A stretch of 64,000 bases of DNA from Treponemataceae bacterium (lineage in GTDB: Bacteria; Spirochaetota; Spirochaetia; Treponematales; Rectinemataceae): contig CAXXHO010000005.1 of NCBI GenBank assembly GCA_963667725.2, positions 1,280,001 to 1,344,000 of the forward strand, in the 5' to 3' direction. The position numbers and the translations under genes were made by a program. How positions within the stretch are numbered: position 1 is the first letter of the stretch; the number at the start of each line of letters is the position of its first letter. The notes below the pieces were generated by a model that saw nothing but the letters and a program-made list of their open reading frames with translations, did not search any database and was not told the DNA's origin. Shown piece by piece: positions 18,640-29,090 of this stretch.

Positions 18640-20352
18640 TTATTCAAGCAACGGCATAGTTTTCTGAAGTTTTTCCTTGAACGCGTCCGAGGAGTTCAGA
18701 GCGATATCCCGCAGTATGGCGCTCTTCACCGTCCGGCCTTGTTCTGTACTGATCTTGGCCTCGTATAGATCCGCGTTCAGGACGATGAAGGAAGGCTGGG
18801 TTTCCCTGGAGTTCCAGGCTTTCCATAGCGGCAATTCTTCCGTCGTACCAAGCCCGTTAGGATTTCCCGTCCGGACGAAGTTGGCCAGATAGGAGCCGAT
18901 CTTCGTCTGAAGGTCCAGTCGGCCCTGGCCGTTGGCCCTGGGAGGAATCGGCAGGGGAAGGACATTCCCGTAGCGGGAATCCGTCTGGAGGAAAAAGGAT
19001 ATTTCGACGGCATGGCCGGCGCCAAGTCGGAGCCCCGCGTATCTCCCCATCACGCTGTCGCCGTTTTGGTCGGGAGCGCCCCAGTCGAAGCGGTAGAGGT
19101 ATACTTTTCTATCCGTGTTCTTGGAGTCAACAGCGTCGGCTATAGAATCGGCGCCTTCGGCCTTCCACACCGCGGTAGTCTTCTCCACCAATTCCTGGTA
19201 ATCAGGGCCTCTCCTGCTTTGCCACTTGTACAGGAGAAAGAGTTTTGTCTCTTCCTTATTGGTCCCGATGATGAGGGGGACATCGGCGCACCAGGCAGGA
19301 TCGGCGAAGGCAGCGAATCCCTTCGATGGGAGCAGCTTGCCATCGAAGATCGGGGAGGGAAGGGAGAGAATGCTTCCGGAATCGGACTTCGAAAGACGAA
19401 GAAGCTCTCCAGGTCTAGCCGTCTTCAGCCATTCCGCCGTTCCCTCCCTGCCCAGAGAAGCCATGAATTCATTGGCTTCCTTTTCGGTAGCGGCTTTTCC
19501 CTGGGAGATCGCGAGCCTGCGCGCGATGTCTTCCGCGAATTCCACGGGATCTATCTGCGGCTGACGCGTATAGCCGCTTTCGGCTATAGCCTTGTGGAAA
19601 AGGCCCCTTGCCTTGGGCGCCATGAGAAGGGTGAGAACATTGAGGGCTCCCGCCGATTCTCCGGCTATCGTCACATTGCCGGGATCTCCGCCGAAGGCCT
19701 CTATGTTGTCGCGTATCCACTCGAGCGAGGCTATGAGATCCAGCGTACCGAAGTTGCCGGAGTCCGTTTCGGGGTCTCCCGTGCGGAGGGCGGGATGGGC
19801 GAACCATCCCAGGATGTCGAGCCTATAGTTAACCGAAACATAGACGAGGTTCGCCTTCGAGGCCAGGGCATGGCCTCTATAGTTGCGGCTGCCGCTGGAG
19901 GATCCCGTCGTATTGGCCCCGCCATGGACCCAAACATAGACGGGGAGCTTCTTTTCCTTGGTGGCCGGTCTCCAGACATTGAGAAAAAGGCAATCCTCCG
20001 AACCGACGGGCAAGTCGGTCAGCAGCGCGCGCTGAACCGCCTTCGATCCGAAATGGCTGGCCTTGCGGATGCCTTGCCAGGGTTGAGGGGGCTGCGGTTT
20101 CTGCCAGCGAAGATCTCCCTCGGGAGGAGCGGCATACGGAATGCCGAGCCAGGAGTAAGTGTTCTCCTTATCCGTCGATCCCTCGAGAGTTCCATACATC
20201 GTCTTGACTATCTGAAAGCCATCCCATTCGCCGGGGACGAAGGTGGAAGACGAAGGGGCGGGGATGCTCGCGCACGATGCCAGGAACAGAAGTATGGGGA
20301 TCGCCAGAAAGGCGGTACCCCTATATAAAACAGTCGATTTTTCCCCTCTCAT
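18640..20352 (-). CDS. Carboxylesterase type B lipoprotein
   Basis: LASC lipobox, GIPYAAPP, SEDCLFLNVW, HGGA, GESAG. Confidence 0.9.
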   Translation of the reverse strand: MRGEKSTVLYRGTAFLAIPILLFLASCASIPAPSSSTFVPGEWDGFQIVKTMYGTLEGSTDKENTYSWLGIPYAAPPEGDLRWQKPQPPQPWQGIRKASHFGSKAVQRALLTDLPVGSEDCLFLNVWRPATKEKKLPVYVWVHGGANTTGSSSGSRNYRGHALASKANLVYVSVNYRLDILGWFAHPALRTGDPETDSGNFGTLDLIASLEWIRDNIEAFGGDPGNVTIAGESAGALNVLTLLMAPKARGLFHKAIAESGYTRQPQIDPVEFAEDIARRLAISQGKAATEKEANEFMASLGREGTAEWLKTARPGELLRLSKSDSGSILSLPSPIFDGKLLPSKGFAAFADPAWCADVPLIIGTNKEETKLFLLYKWQSRRGPDYQELVEKTTAVWKAEGADSIADAVDSKNTDRKVYLYRFDWGAPDQNGDSVMGRYAGLRLGAGHAVEISFFLQTDSRYGNVLPLPIPPRANGQGRLDLQTKIGSYLANFVRTGNPNGLGTTEELPLWKAWNSRETQPSFIVLNADLYEAKISTEQGRTVKSAILRDIALNSSDAFKEKLQKTMPLLE

Positions 20353-20463
20353 GCGTATAATGTATCGCTGCTTTCAAGTTTTCACAAAGTTTTGAGAATG
20401 GGCTGTGATTTTTTCCGCGCCGTCGGGCCGAAAGCAAAATACTGTTTCACGGGATAAAATTTC

Positions 20464-20492
20464 TTGACGCGGGGTACTTCGTCCGATAAAAT
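20464..20492 (+). promoter_or_regulatory. sigma70 promoter of the TAXI-TRAP operon
   Basis: TTGACG-17-TAAAAT. Confidence 0.6.
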
Positions 20493-20544
20493 GAAAATGA
20501 AATTTGCATTCTGAAAGCCTTAGTTTTTCTAAGGAGGAGTAACG

Positions 20545-21519
20545 ATGAAAAAGGCATTGCTGATTCTTGCGGTACTTTTAATTGCCTCGGGAGCGGGAGC
20601 GCAGAACAAGGCCGGCTGGCCCACCCAACTCAAATTCATGGCAGGTCCTCCGGGCGGCAACTGGTTCGCCCTCGGTACGGCTCTCTCCGAAATGTGGAGC
20701 AAGAACGTAATCCAGACGACCTCCTCCACGGGCGGCGGCGTAGGCAACATCGTCAACACCGACCTCAAGAAGGGCGATTTCGGATTCTCCGTTGTCTCCC
20801 TCGTGGGCGCAGCCCTCGCGGGCGAAGAGGATTTCGCCGGCAAGGACGTCAAGAACGCCGTCGTGATGGCCAACCTCTATACGCAGTTCACCTACTACAT
20901 CATCAGGAAAGACTTCGCCGACAAGAACGGCATCAAGAGCGTCGACGACCTCGTCGCCAAGAACATCCCCGTCCGCTTCGCCACACTGAAGCCGGGCACA
21001 GCCTCGGAGTTCGTCATCAAGGCGATGTTCAAAAAGGGATATAAAACCGATTACGAAACACTCAAGAAGAAGGGCTGGAGCTTCGAGTTCACATCCTATG
21101 AGAATGGCGCCGACCTCATGGCCGACAACCATCTCGATGTCTTCGCCTTCTCGGTGGGCAAGGCGGCCGCCATCATCATGAACATCGAAAGCTCGACGCC
21201 GATCTACATCCTTCCGGTAGGGCAGCCCGCCCTCGACGCCCTCGCCAAGGCCTACGGCACCACCACCTTCACGATCGAGCCGGGCATCTACAAGAGCGTG
21301 ACGGCCCCCATCAAGACGATCGGCGACTATAACTGCATCGTCGTCCGTAAAGACCTGCCCGACAGCCTCGTGTACGAGCTGAACAAGGCTATGTGGGCGA
21401 ATAAGGCCAGCCTCGCGGCAGCCGTCTCGGATTTCAACGAACTCACCATCAAGGACGCCCTCCCCGCCGCGCTGCCTACCCACCCGGGTTCGGTTCAGTT
21501 CTGGAAGAGCGCGAAATAG
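20545..21519 (+). CDS. TAXI-family TRAP transporter solute-binding protein
   Basis: Signal peptide, GPPGGNW, STGGGVGN, HPGSVQFWK. Confidence 0.9.
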   Translation: MKKALLILAVLLIASGAGAQNKAGWPTQLKFMAGPPGGNWFALGTALSEMWSKNVIQTTSSTGGGVGNIVNTDLKKGDFGFSVVSLVGAALAGEEDFAGKDVKNAVVMANLYTQFTYYIIRKDFADKNGIKSVDDLVAKNIPVRFATLKPGTASEFVIKAMFKKGYKTDYETLKKKGWSFEFTSYENGADLMADNHLDVFAFSVGKAAAIIMNIESSTPIYILPVGQPALDALAKAYGTTTFTIEPGIYKSVTAPIKTIGDYNCIVVRKDLPDSLVYELNKAMWANKASLAAAVSDFNELTIKDALPAALPTHPGSVQFWKSAK

Positions 21520-21562
21520 TCGCATCACTCGTTTTTCTTCAATAGTACTTTGCGTTTACCCT

Positions 21563-21590
21563 GAGGCCGGGATGATTCCCGGCCTCCTTT
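21563..21590 (+). terminator. Intra-operon stem-loop after the binding-protein gene
   Basis: gaggccggga-tgat-tcccggcctc-cttt. Confidence 0.55.
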
Positions 21591-21635
21591 CGTAATTTTT
21601 ATTCTTGCATCAATCCTTGATCCTGGAGATATCCA

Positions 21636-23675
21636 ATGCGGAAACTGGAAGGTTTTGCCAAGAAGGCGATGTACGTCTACATCGTGCTCATCGGGATTTT
21701 TCATATCTACACATCGGTGTTCGGCAATTTTGAGGCCTATCTGCAGCGGTCCCTCCACCTGTCGATGATACTGCCCCTGGCCTTCATCCTCTGGCCCGTA
21801 AGAAAGAAGGGCCCGATGGACAGGATTCCCTGGTACGACGTGGCTCTCGCCCTGCTTTCTTTCGCGCCCGGCGTCTATATCGTGAAGAATTACTGGGCTA
21901 TCACCTCCAGGATGGTCCAGGTCGATGCCGTGACGAACGCCCAGCTCGTCCTCGGCATTCTGCTCATCCTCCTTCTCCTCGAAGCGGCGCGTCGCGTCGT
22001 GGGGCTTCCGATAACCATCATCGCCCTCGTGGCCATCCTCTACATGCTTTTCGGAAAGCATATTCCCGGCCTCTTCCAGGGCATTTCCTTCACCCTGCCC
22101 GAAGTCATCGAACAGTCCTTCCTTACTGACGAAGGCATCTTCTCCTCGCCGCTGGGCGTGTCGGCCACCTATGTGATGGTCTTCCTCATCTTCGGAGGCT
22201 TCCTCGAGAAGACGGGTGTGGGACAGTACTTCATGGACCTGGCCCAGGCCTTCACGGGCACCCAGCCCGGCGGGCCCGCCCTCATCGCGGTGACATCCTC
22301 CTGCCTTTTCGGCTCGATATCGGGCTCGGCCGTGGCGAACGTCTACGGTACGGGCACCTTTACCATTCCGCTTATGAAGAAAATCGGGTATCCGGCATAC
22401 TTCGCGGGCGCCGTCGAGGCCGTAGCCTCCACAGGGGGTCAGATCATGCCGCCCGTCATGGGCGCGGGCGCCTTCCTCATGGCCTCATTCCTCGGCTTGC
22501 CCTACAAGACGATAATGATCGCGGCATTGCTTCCCGCCCTCCTTTATTACGGCGCCGTCTTCCTCATGGTGAAGCTGGCCGCACACAAGAACAACCTGCA
22601 GGGGCTCGCGGCCGAGGATCTTCCCTCCAAACGCAGCGTGGTCAGGAAACTGTATATGATCACCCCCCTCGCCGGCATCGTCTATTTCCTGCTCTCCGGT
22701 TCGACGCCGATGAGGGCGGCCATCATGGGCATAATTCTCGCCTGGGTGACGGCCTTCTTCAATCCGAAGACGGAGGATCCCGGGAAACGGAAAATCTCGT
22801 ACATCGTAGGAACCTTGTCCATCGTCGTCTTCCTCGTCGTGACGGCATTCCCCGGCCTCACCGAAGGCCTTATGAAATCGAAACTGGGGATCGTCCCCAT
22901 CCTGGCGGTATTCCTCACGGCGACCTTCTTCAACGCCGGCATGGGCCTCAAGGATGTAATCGACGCTATCTATGATGGCTCTAAAGGCATACCACTCATC
23001 GCCATAGCCTGCGCCACGGCAGGCATCGTCCTCGGCGCCGTCGCCCTCACCGGCATAGGCGGCAAGCTCGTGGGCTTCGTTCTTTCCTTCTCCAAGGAGC
23101 TGCCGATATTGGCCCTCATCCTCATCATGCTCATCTCCATTTTCCTGGGCATGGGCCTGCCCACGACGGGCGCCTACATACTCGCCTCTGCCCTGGGCGC
23201 TCCCATCCTCGTCAGGATGGGCTTTTCGCCCCTGGCTTCCCACATGTTCGTCTTCTATTTCGCCGTCGTTTCCAACATCACGCCGCCCGTGGCCCTCGCC
23301 TGCTTCGCCGCGGCCTCGATTTCGGGGGCGGGACCCAACAAGATCGGTTTTCAAGCCATGAGGCTGGGTTTTCTCGCTTTCATCGTTCCTTTCGCCTTCT
23401 GCTACGATTCCGGCCTCCTCCTTCAGGGCGGTCTGATCGCCAATCTTTGGGCTATCGCTTCGGGCATCATCGCCATCTTCGCCTTCGGCTTTTTCTGGAT
23501 GGGCTTCATCACGAGAGTGATACCGGTATGGCTGAGGGCAATCCTCCTCGCGGCCGGCGTCTATACCCTTTTCCCCGGCACCCTGCCGGTGGTGCTGAGC
23601 GGAGTGGCGGTTGTCGGGGCTTTTCTGTATTCGAAGCTCCTGCCCGCGAAGCCTAAAATGGGCGCGGCGGCTTGA
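21636..23675 (+). CDS. TRAP transporter fused 4TM/12TM permease
   Basis: GSISGSAVANV, ASTGGQIMPPVMGAGAF, GMGLPTT, ITPPVALA. Confidence 0.92.
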   Translation: MRKLEGFAKKAMYVYIVLIGIFHIYTSVFGNFEAYLQRSLHLSMILPLAFILWPVRKKGPMDRIPWYDVALALLSFAPGVYIVKNYWAITSRMVQVDAVTNAQLVLGILLILLLLEAARRVVGLPITIIALVAILYMLFGKHIPGLFQGISFTLPEVIEQSFLTDEGIFSSPLGVSATYVMVFLIFGGFLEKTGVGQYFMDLAQAFTGTQPGGPALIAVTSSCLFGSISGSAVANVYGTGTFTIPLMKKIGYPAYFAGAVEAVASTGGQIMPPVMGAGAFLMASFLGLPYKTIMIAALLPALLYYGAVFLMVKLAAHKNNLQGLAAEDLPSKRSVVRKLYMITPLAGIVYFLLSGSTPMRAAIMGIILAWVTAFFNPKTEDPGKRKISYIVGTLSIVVFLVVTAFPGLTEGLMKSKLGIVPILAVFLTATFFNAGMGLKDVIDAIYDGSKGIPLIAIACATAGIVLGAVALTGIGGKLVGFVLSFSKELPILALILIMLISIFLGMGLPTTGAYILASALGAPILVRMGFSPLASHMFVFYFAVVSNITPPVALACFAAASISGAGPNKIGFQAMRLGFLAFIVPFAFCYDSGLLLQGGLIANLWAIASGIIAIFAFGFFWMGFITRVIPVWLRAILLAAGVYTLFPGTLPVVLSGVAVVGAFLYSKLLPAKPKMGAAA

Positions 23676-24253
23676 ACGCCGAGGCCGATATGGTACGGCG
23701 CTGCCCCTGGTGCGGCGCCGACCCCCTCTATGTGCGCTATCACGACCAGGAGTGGGGAACTCCCCTGCACGACGAGGGCAAGCATTTCGAATTCCTCCTC
23801 CTTGAGACCCAGCAGGCTGGGCTCTCCTGGATAACTATCCTCCGAAAGCGGGAGGCATACAGGAAAGCCTTTGCCGGCTTTGATCCGGAAGTCGTGGCTC
23901 GATTCGGGGACGCCGATGTGGCAAGGCTTTTGGGCGACGCGGGCATCATCCGCAATAGACGGAAAATCGAGGCGAGCGTCAAAAACGCCCGCGCCTTCCT
24001 CGCGATCAGGGAAGAATTCGGCAGTTTCGATGCCTGGCTCTGGCGTTTTGTGGACGGTAAGCCCGAACAGGGAATGCGCCACGTTCTTGCCGACCTGCCC
24101 GCGACGACGCCGCTTTCGGATACGGTGAGCGCCGAGATGAAGAAGCGCGGTTTCGGATTCGTAGGCTCGACGACCATCTATGCCCATCTGCAGGCCGTTG
24201 GCCTCGTCAACGATCATCTGCTGTCCTGTTTCCGCTGGAAGGAACTTCAATGA
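23672..24253 (+). CDS. tag: DNA-3-methyladenine glycosylase I
   Basis: RCPW, YHDQEWG, QAGLSW, GIIRNRRKI, NDHL (alternative start ATG 23690). Confidence 0.92.
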   Translation: MNAEADMVRRCPWCGADPLYVRYHDQEWGTPLHDEGKHFEFLLLETQQAGLSWITILRKREAYRKAFAGFDPEVVARFGDADVARLLGDAGIIRNRRKIEASVKNARAFLAIREEFGSFDAWLWRFVDGKPEQGMRHVLADLPATTPLSDTVSAEMKKRGFGFVGSTTIYAHLQAVGLVNDHLLSCFRWKELQ

Positions 24254-25170
24254 CGATAATGGAAGCCATGGAAGCCCGCGTTTCCACCCGCAGTTTTGAC
24301 GGGGCTGGCCTGACGGCGCCTGAGGCGGCCGAACTTACCGCCATGCTCAAGTCCGTCGCCAGGGAGGCGGCGCCTTTCGGCAACAGGGTGCGCCTTGCCC
24401 TCGCCGGGGGCGCCGAAGTCATGGGCAGCGGAGCTGGGGGCGATGGAGCCGCGGGCGGCAAAGCTGCGGCTAAGGGCGCGAAACCCCTAAGGCTCGGCAC
24501 CTATGGCCTCATCGCGGGGGCCTCGGCCTTCATCGTGCCGGCCGTCCTTCCCGGCGTCGGCGCCATGGAGGACGCGGGCTTCATCATCGAAAAAGCTGTT
24601 CTCGAGGCGACGGCCCTGGGCTGGGCGAGCTGCTGGATAGGGGGCGTCTTCTCCAGGAGCAAAGCGGCGAAGATAGCCGCGGCGGCCGAAGGGGAACTCG
24701 TGCCCGCCGTCATCGCGCTCGGCAGGCCGGCGGGCAGGCGGAGCCTGGCCGACAGAATCGTGACAGGGGCGGCGAAATCGCGTTCCAGGAAGGCTATCGC
24801 GGACATAGTCTTCGCCGCCGAGGGACTGGAGAACGCCTGGATGGAGGCGACCAAAGCCCTGCGGAACGCCCCTTCTGCGTCCAACAAGCAGCCCTGGCGT
24901 CTCCTTCGGCTCGCCGGGCGAGACGAGTGGCTCATCTTCCTGGACGAGGATAAGGTGTACAACAACAGCCTCGGCGCCGTGCATATACAGAATATCGATA
25001 TCGGCATCGGGATGCGCCATTTCCATGAAGCGGCGATCGCCTCCGGAATGAATGGCAGATGGATTCCGCTGCCATTCGCCGATGGGACGATTCAGCCAGC
25101 CCTGCGCTATGGCGAAGAAAAAGGGTGGATTCCCGTCGCGCTCTGGCGATTTGCCCCGGCGGATTTTTAA
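24250..25170 (+). CDS. Nitroreductase-family protein (two-domain)
   Basis: RVSTRSF, SCWIGG, APSASNKQPW, IDIGI. Confidence 0.8.
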   Translation: MTIMEAMEARVSTRSFDGAGLTAPEAAELTAMLKSVAREAAPFGNRVRLALAGGAEVMGSGAGGDGAAGGKAAAKGAKPLRLGTYGLIAGASAFIVPAVLPGVGAMEDAGFIIEKAVLEATALGWASCWIGGVFSRSKAAKIAAAAEGELVPAVIALGRPAGRRSLADRIVTGAAKSRSRKAIADIVFAAEGLENAWMEATKALRNAPSASNKQPWRLLRLAGRDEWLIFLDEDKVYNNSLGAVHIQNIDIGIGMRHFHEAAIASGMNGRWIPLPFADGTIQPALRYGEEKGWIPVALWRFAPADF

Positions 25171-25242
25171 CGCTATATTCAACTAAGTGAATAATAAGCG
25201 TGGAATCACACGCGCAATTTCTAGCGACCCGGGAGGAATTAT

Positions 25243-25761
25243 ATGATTTCCAGCAAAATGACCGATAGAATCAACCTTCAGATCAACCGTGAGATGTATT
25301 CGGCATATCTCTATCTCGCCATGGGGGCGAAGATGAAAGAAACCGGATACGCTGGCGTCGCCAACTGGCTTACCGTGCAGTACCACGAAGAAATGTTCCA
25401 CGCGATGAAGTTCGCGAAATATCTCGAGGAACAGGGCGCGGCCGTCAAGTATGCCCAGATCGACACGCCCGTCTTCGCCGAGACAGGCATCAAGGAGCTG
25501 TTCCAGCACATCCTCAAGCACGAGCAGTTCGTGACCTCGAGCATACGCGAGATCGTCGAACTGGCCAGGGCCGAGAAGGACTATGCCACCGAGAATCTCC
25601 TCCAGTGGTATATCGACGAGCAGGTCGAGGAAGAGAAAAACGACTTCGAGATCCTTCAGGCCATCGATCTTCTCGGAAACAACGCTCAAGGCCTCTATAT
25701 GCTCAATATCGAATTGGGCAAGCGCGGCAACGGCGCCCAGCTCGATTTCACGAAGATTTAA
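25243..25761 (+). CDS. ftnA: Non-heme ferritin
   Basis: EMYSAYLY, EEMFHA, HEQFVT, QWYIDEQVEEE ferroxidase residues. Confidence 0.92.
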   Translation: MISSKMTDRINLQINREMYSAYLYLAMGAKMKETGYAGVANWLTVQYHEEMFHAMKFAKYLEEQGAAVKYAQIDTPVFAETGIKELFQHILKHEQFVTSSIREIVELARAEKDYATENLLQWYIDEQVEEEKNDFEILQAIDLLGNNAQGLYMLNIELGKRGNGAQLDFTKI

Positions 25762-25821
25762 GCCTCAGGCCTAACCCCGCTCCTTTCATGACTTGCTGAA
25801 TTACCCCGTCTTCGCGGCCTG

Positions 25822-25846
25822 AAAGCCCCGGACGGGGCTTTTTTTT
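25822..25846 (+). terminator. Rho-independent terminator after ferritin
   Basis: aaagcccc-ggac-ggggc followed by T8. Confidence 0.8.
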
Positions 25847-25873
25847 GCCCTCCATTTGCCGTATTTTAGATAG

Positions 25874-27481
25874 ATGCAGGCCATACAATACGTAAGTACG
25901 AGAATTTCTCCAGGCGGCAGGGTTGAAGACCCCGTAGGCATCGAGACCGCGATAGCGCGCGGCATGCCCCCCGACGGAGGTCTTTACGTTCCGACTTCAT
26001 TGCCTGCCCTTCCGGGGCGTATTTTCGACCCCGGCCCCCTTTCCTATGCCGAACTGGCCACCATGATCCTGACACCTTTTTTCTCTGGATGGGAGGACGG
26101 ATCGCTCCGGGCCATCCTCGAAAAAGCCTATGGCTCAAGCGGGGAAGATCCATATTTCGATACGCCCGAAATCGCGTCCCTCATCCCTCTGGATGGGCTC
26201 GACTTGCCCGACAACCCGCCTTTGTATCTCCTCGAGCTTTTTCATGGAAGAACCTGCGCCTTCAAGGATATGGCTTTGAGCGTCCTGGGCGGCTTCCTGC
26301 GCGAAAGCCTGGACAGGATGGGAAAAAAGGAGCCTATCCTCGTTCTCGTGGCCACCTCGGGAGACACGGGTTCGGCCGCCCTCGAAGGCCTCGCCGCGGT
26401 GGAGGGAATCCATACGGCCGTCATTTATCCCGGAGAGGGAACGAGCGAGATCCAGCGACTGCAGATGACGACGGCCAGCTTGCGGCGACGTTTCGTCGCC
26501 GGCATAAAGGGCAATTTCGACGATGCCCAGGGCGCGGTGAAGCGGATTTTCGCGCGCGCGGCGCGCGGCGAGGGGCCATTGGCCGGCCGCGGCCTTTCGT
26601 CGGCCAACTCGATCAACATCGGCAGACTTCTGCCGCAGATCGTCTATTATGTGGCCGCCTGGAGGGCTCTCGCCGCGCGCGGGGCGCTGGGCGAGGACAG
26701 ATTCATGCACGTGGCCGTCCCCACGGGGAATTTCGGCGATATCCTCGCGGCCAAATACGCGAAGGAAATGGGACTGCCGATAGGCAGGCTCATATGCGCC
26801 TCGAACGCGAATAAGGTCCTCGCCGATTTCTTCGCGACGGGCGTCTACGACAGACGCCGCAATCTCGTGAAAACCGAGAGCCCTTCCATGGATATTCTGG
26901 TATCCAGCAACCTGGAGCGGCTTCTATTCATGGCGTCGGGGAGAAACCAAAAACGCGTAACGTCGCTCATGGGGGAACTTGCGGCGAAAGGCTGGTTCGA
27001 GATAAACCCCGACGAAAAGGCGTATATCGCGGACTTCTCATCAGGTTGGTGCAGCGACGCTTCGGCGAAATCGGCCATCGCGAACGTTTGGGAATCCTGC
27101 TCGATCCTCGTCGATCCGCATACGGCAACTGCCCTGGAAGTGGCGATTCGAGATTCTTCACCGCTTCGCCCTATGGCGCCCATCGTGGTCGCGTCGACGG
27201 CAAGTCCCTTCAAGTTTCCCCGGGCATGCCTCGATGCCTTGAAGGGCGCCACCACGGACAACGGCGGGGAGGAGACGGTGGATGACGACGATGGGCGATC
27301 AAGCCCCGACGGCGATCTGGCTCTCGCGCAGGGATTGTCCGCGATGACAGGCTGTTCGATGCCCGCGCCGATACGCGCCCTCACATCCAAAAGAATCCTG
27401 CACGACGCGATGATTGCCGTCGACGGCGTGGAGGACGCTCTGGCCGACTACGCGCGCGAAAAGATGGGCGCGCGGCCATGA
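25874..27481 (+). CDS. thrC: Threonine synthase
   Basis: YVSTR, ELFHGRTCAFKD (PLP Lys), ATSGDTG, NSINIGRL, PTGNFG, DPHTA. Confidence 0.93.
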   Translation: MQAIQYVSTRISPGGRVEDPVGIETAIARGMPPDGGLYVPTSLPALPGRIFDPGPLSYAELATMILTPFFSGWEDGSLRAILEKAYGSSGEDPYFDTPEIASLIPLDGLDLPDNPPLYLLELFHGRTCAFKDMALSVLGGFLRESLDRMGKKEPILVLVATSGDTGSAALEGLAAVEGIHTAVIYPGEGTSEIQRLQMTTASLRRRFVAGIKGNFDDAQGAVKRIFARAARGEGPLAGRGLSSANSINIGRLLPQIVYYVAAWRALAARGALGEDRFMHVAVPTGNFGDILAAKYAKEMGLPIGRLICASNANKVLADFFATGVYDRRRNLVKTESPSMDILVSSNLERLLFMASGRNQKRVTSLMGELAAKGWFEINPDEKAYIADFSSGWCSDASAKSAIANVWESCSILVDPHTATALEVAIRDSSPLRPMAPIVVASTASPFKFPRACLDALKGATTDNGGEETVDDDDGRSSPDGDLALAQGLSAMTGCSMPAPIRALTSKRILHDAMIAVDGVEDALADYAREKMGARP

Positions 27482-27515
27482 GACTCCACGTCTATCCGCG
27501 CGCGAGGAGAAGTCC

Positions 27516-28295
27516 ATGAAAAAAATGCCCTCACTGTTCGTTGGCCACGGCTCGCCGATGAACGCGGTCGCCCATAATTCCTATACCGAATCCCTGGGCG
27601 CCCTTGCGGCGGCCATGCCCGCCCCCCGCGGCATCCTAGTCGTGTCAGCCCACTGGGTGACGCCTGGGCTGCGGGTCACTTCCTCCCCCTCGCCCAGGCA
27701 GATCTACGATTTTTTCGGCTTTCCCGATGAATTATACAAAATTCAATACGAACCTCATGGGAGTCCCGAACTCGCCGCGAGGACTGCTGAGCTGCTCGAC
27801 CGGGCGGGATTTCCCTGCGCGGAAGATCCGACCCGCGGCATCGACCATGCCGCCTGGGCTGTGCTTTTTCACATGTATCCCAAGGCCGATATTCCCGTGA
27901 TCGAAATGAGTCTGGACTATAAAATGAGGGTCGGACACTGGTTCGAGATAGGCGCGGCGCTGGCAGCCCTGCGGGAGGAAGGTTTTCTCGTCATGGGAAG
28001 CGGGAATGTCGTCCATAACCTGTACCGTTTCGAAGCCGCGATAGACGCGAAGCCGTATCCCTGGGCTTTGAAATTCAACGATACGGTGAAGGCCGCCGTC
28101 GCCGCAAACGATAGAGCCCGGCTTTCTTCCTTCGCGCTTCCCGTGGAAGAATCGCGCGACGCCGTGCCTACGCCCGAACATTATCTGCCGCTCCTGCCCC
28201 TGCTCGGCGGCATGGGCGAGGGAGAGAAGGCTTCGATATTCCACGAATCCATCCAGAACGCCAGCATCGCGATGACGGGTTTTTCGATCGGTTAG
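27516..28295 (+). CDS. ygiD: 4,5-DOPA extradiol dioxygenase family
   Basis: GHGSPMN, SAHW, YDFFGFP, DHAAW, GSGNVVHNL, PTPEHYLPL. Confidence 0.88.
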   Translation: MKKMPSLFVGHGSPMNAVAHNSYTESLGALAAAMPAPRGILVVSAHWVTPGLRVTSSPSPRQIYDFFGFPDELYKIQYEPHGSPELAARTAELLDRAGFPCAEDPTRGIDHAAWAVLFHMYPKADIPVIEMSLDYKMRVGHWFEIGAALAALREEGFLVMGSGNVVHNLYRFEAAIDAKPYPWALKFNDTVKAAVAANDRARLSSFALPVEESRDAVPTPEHYLPLLPLLGGMGEGEKASIFHESIQNASIAMTGFSIG

Positions 28296-28305
28296 GGGAA
28301 AAGCG

Positions 28306-29019
28306 CTATTTCCTGACGATGACGACGCAGCGTTCCTCGTCGAGGAAAGGAACCCAGATCGGCCTGACCTCGGCTCTCGAGAATGGTCCCGCGAGAAGGG
28401 GATCGGTCGCGAGGGCGGCCATCTCCATTTTCGCGTTGAACTGCTTACCTTTATAGGCGAAGAGAGCGCCGCCCGGAGCCAGGTTTTTCCATATAGCTTT
28501 GAAGAGTTTCAGCTCGGTAAACGGCCTGAAAGCCCTGAATATCACGATATCCTGGGGGCCTGGCGCTTTTTCGATCTCGCTCTCCACGATTTCCACGTTT
28601 CCCAGCGAGAGAATGGCCTTCTGGCTTTCGAGAAAGGATATGCGCTTTCCCATGCGCTCGACGAGACGGACCTTCCTGTCCGGCATGATGATGCTCAAGG
28701 GAATTCCGGGAAGGCCAGCCCCGGTTCCAATATCGCTCAACGTCGCCGCGTGGCCTTGGGACTTGTTCTCGGGCGAGTTGTCGCACTCTTCGAGCAGGCC
28801 CTCAAGGAGGCGCCAGGGCGCGAGACTGTCCAGGATATGCTTGATGACGAGCTCGTCTCCCGAAGCGTTCACGAGTCCGTAGGCGGGATTCCAGGTTTCT
28901 ATCTCGCCGATATAGCGTACAAGCGACTCCGTTTTCTTGTCGTTGCCGTCGAGGCCGAGGATGGCGAGTCCCCTGACCAGAAGCGACTGTGGATCATTCA
29001 TAGTGTCCATTGTAATCAT
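28306..29019 (-). CDS. rsmG: 16S rRNA m7G527 methyltransferase
   Basis: KHILDSL, DIGTGAGLPGIPL, FRAF, YKG. Confidence 0.9.
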   Translation of the reverse strand: MITMDTMNDPQSLLVRGLAILGLDGNDKKTESLVRYIGEIETWNPAYGLVNASGDELVIKHILDSLAPWRLLEGLLEECDNSPENKSQGHAATLSDIGTGAGLPGIPLSIIMPDRKVRLVERMGKRISFLESQKAILSLGNVEIVESEIEKAPGPQDIVIFRAFRPFTELKLFKAIWKNLAPGGALFAYKGKQFNAKMEMAALATDPLLAGPFSRAEVRPIWVPFLDEERCVVIVRK

Positions 29020-29052
29020 TTGCCCGATTTTATTCCATTCCGGCGGGGAGGA

Positions 29053-29090
29053 TTGACAAAGTGAGGTCCTTTTCCCGATACTGAAATCCC
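29053..29090 (+). promoter_or_regulatory. pyrG promoter ending directly at the start codon (no SD)
   Basis: TTGACA-18-GATACT-gaaatCCC-ATG. Confidence 0.65.
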
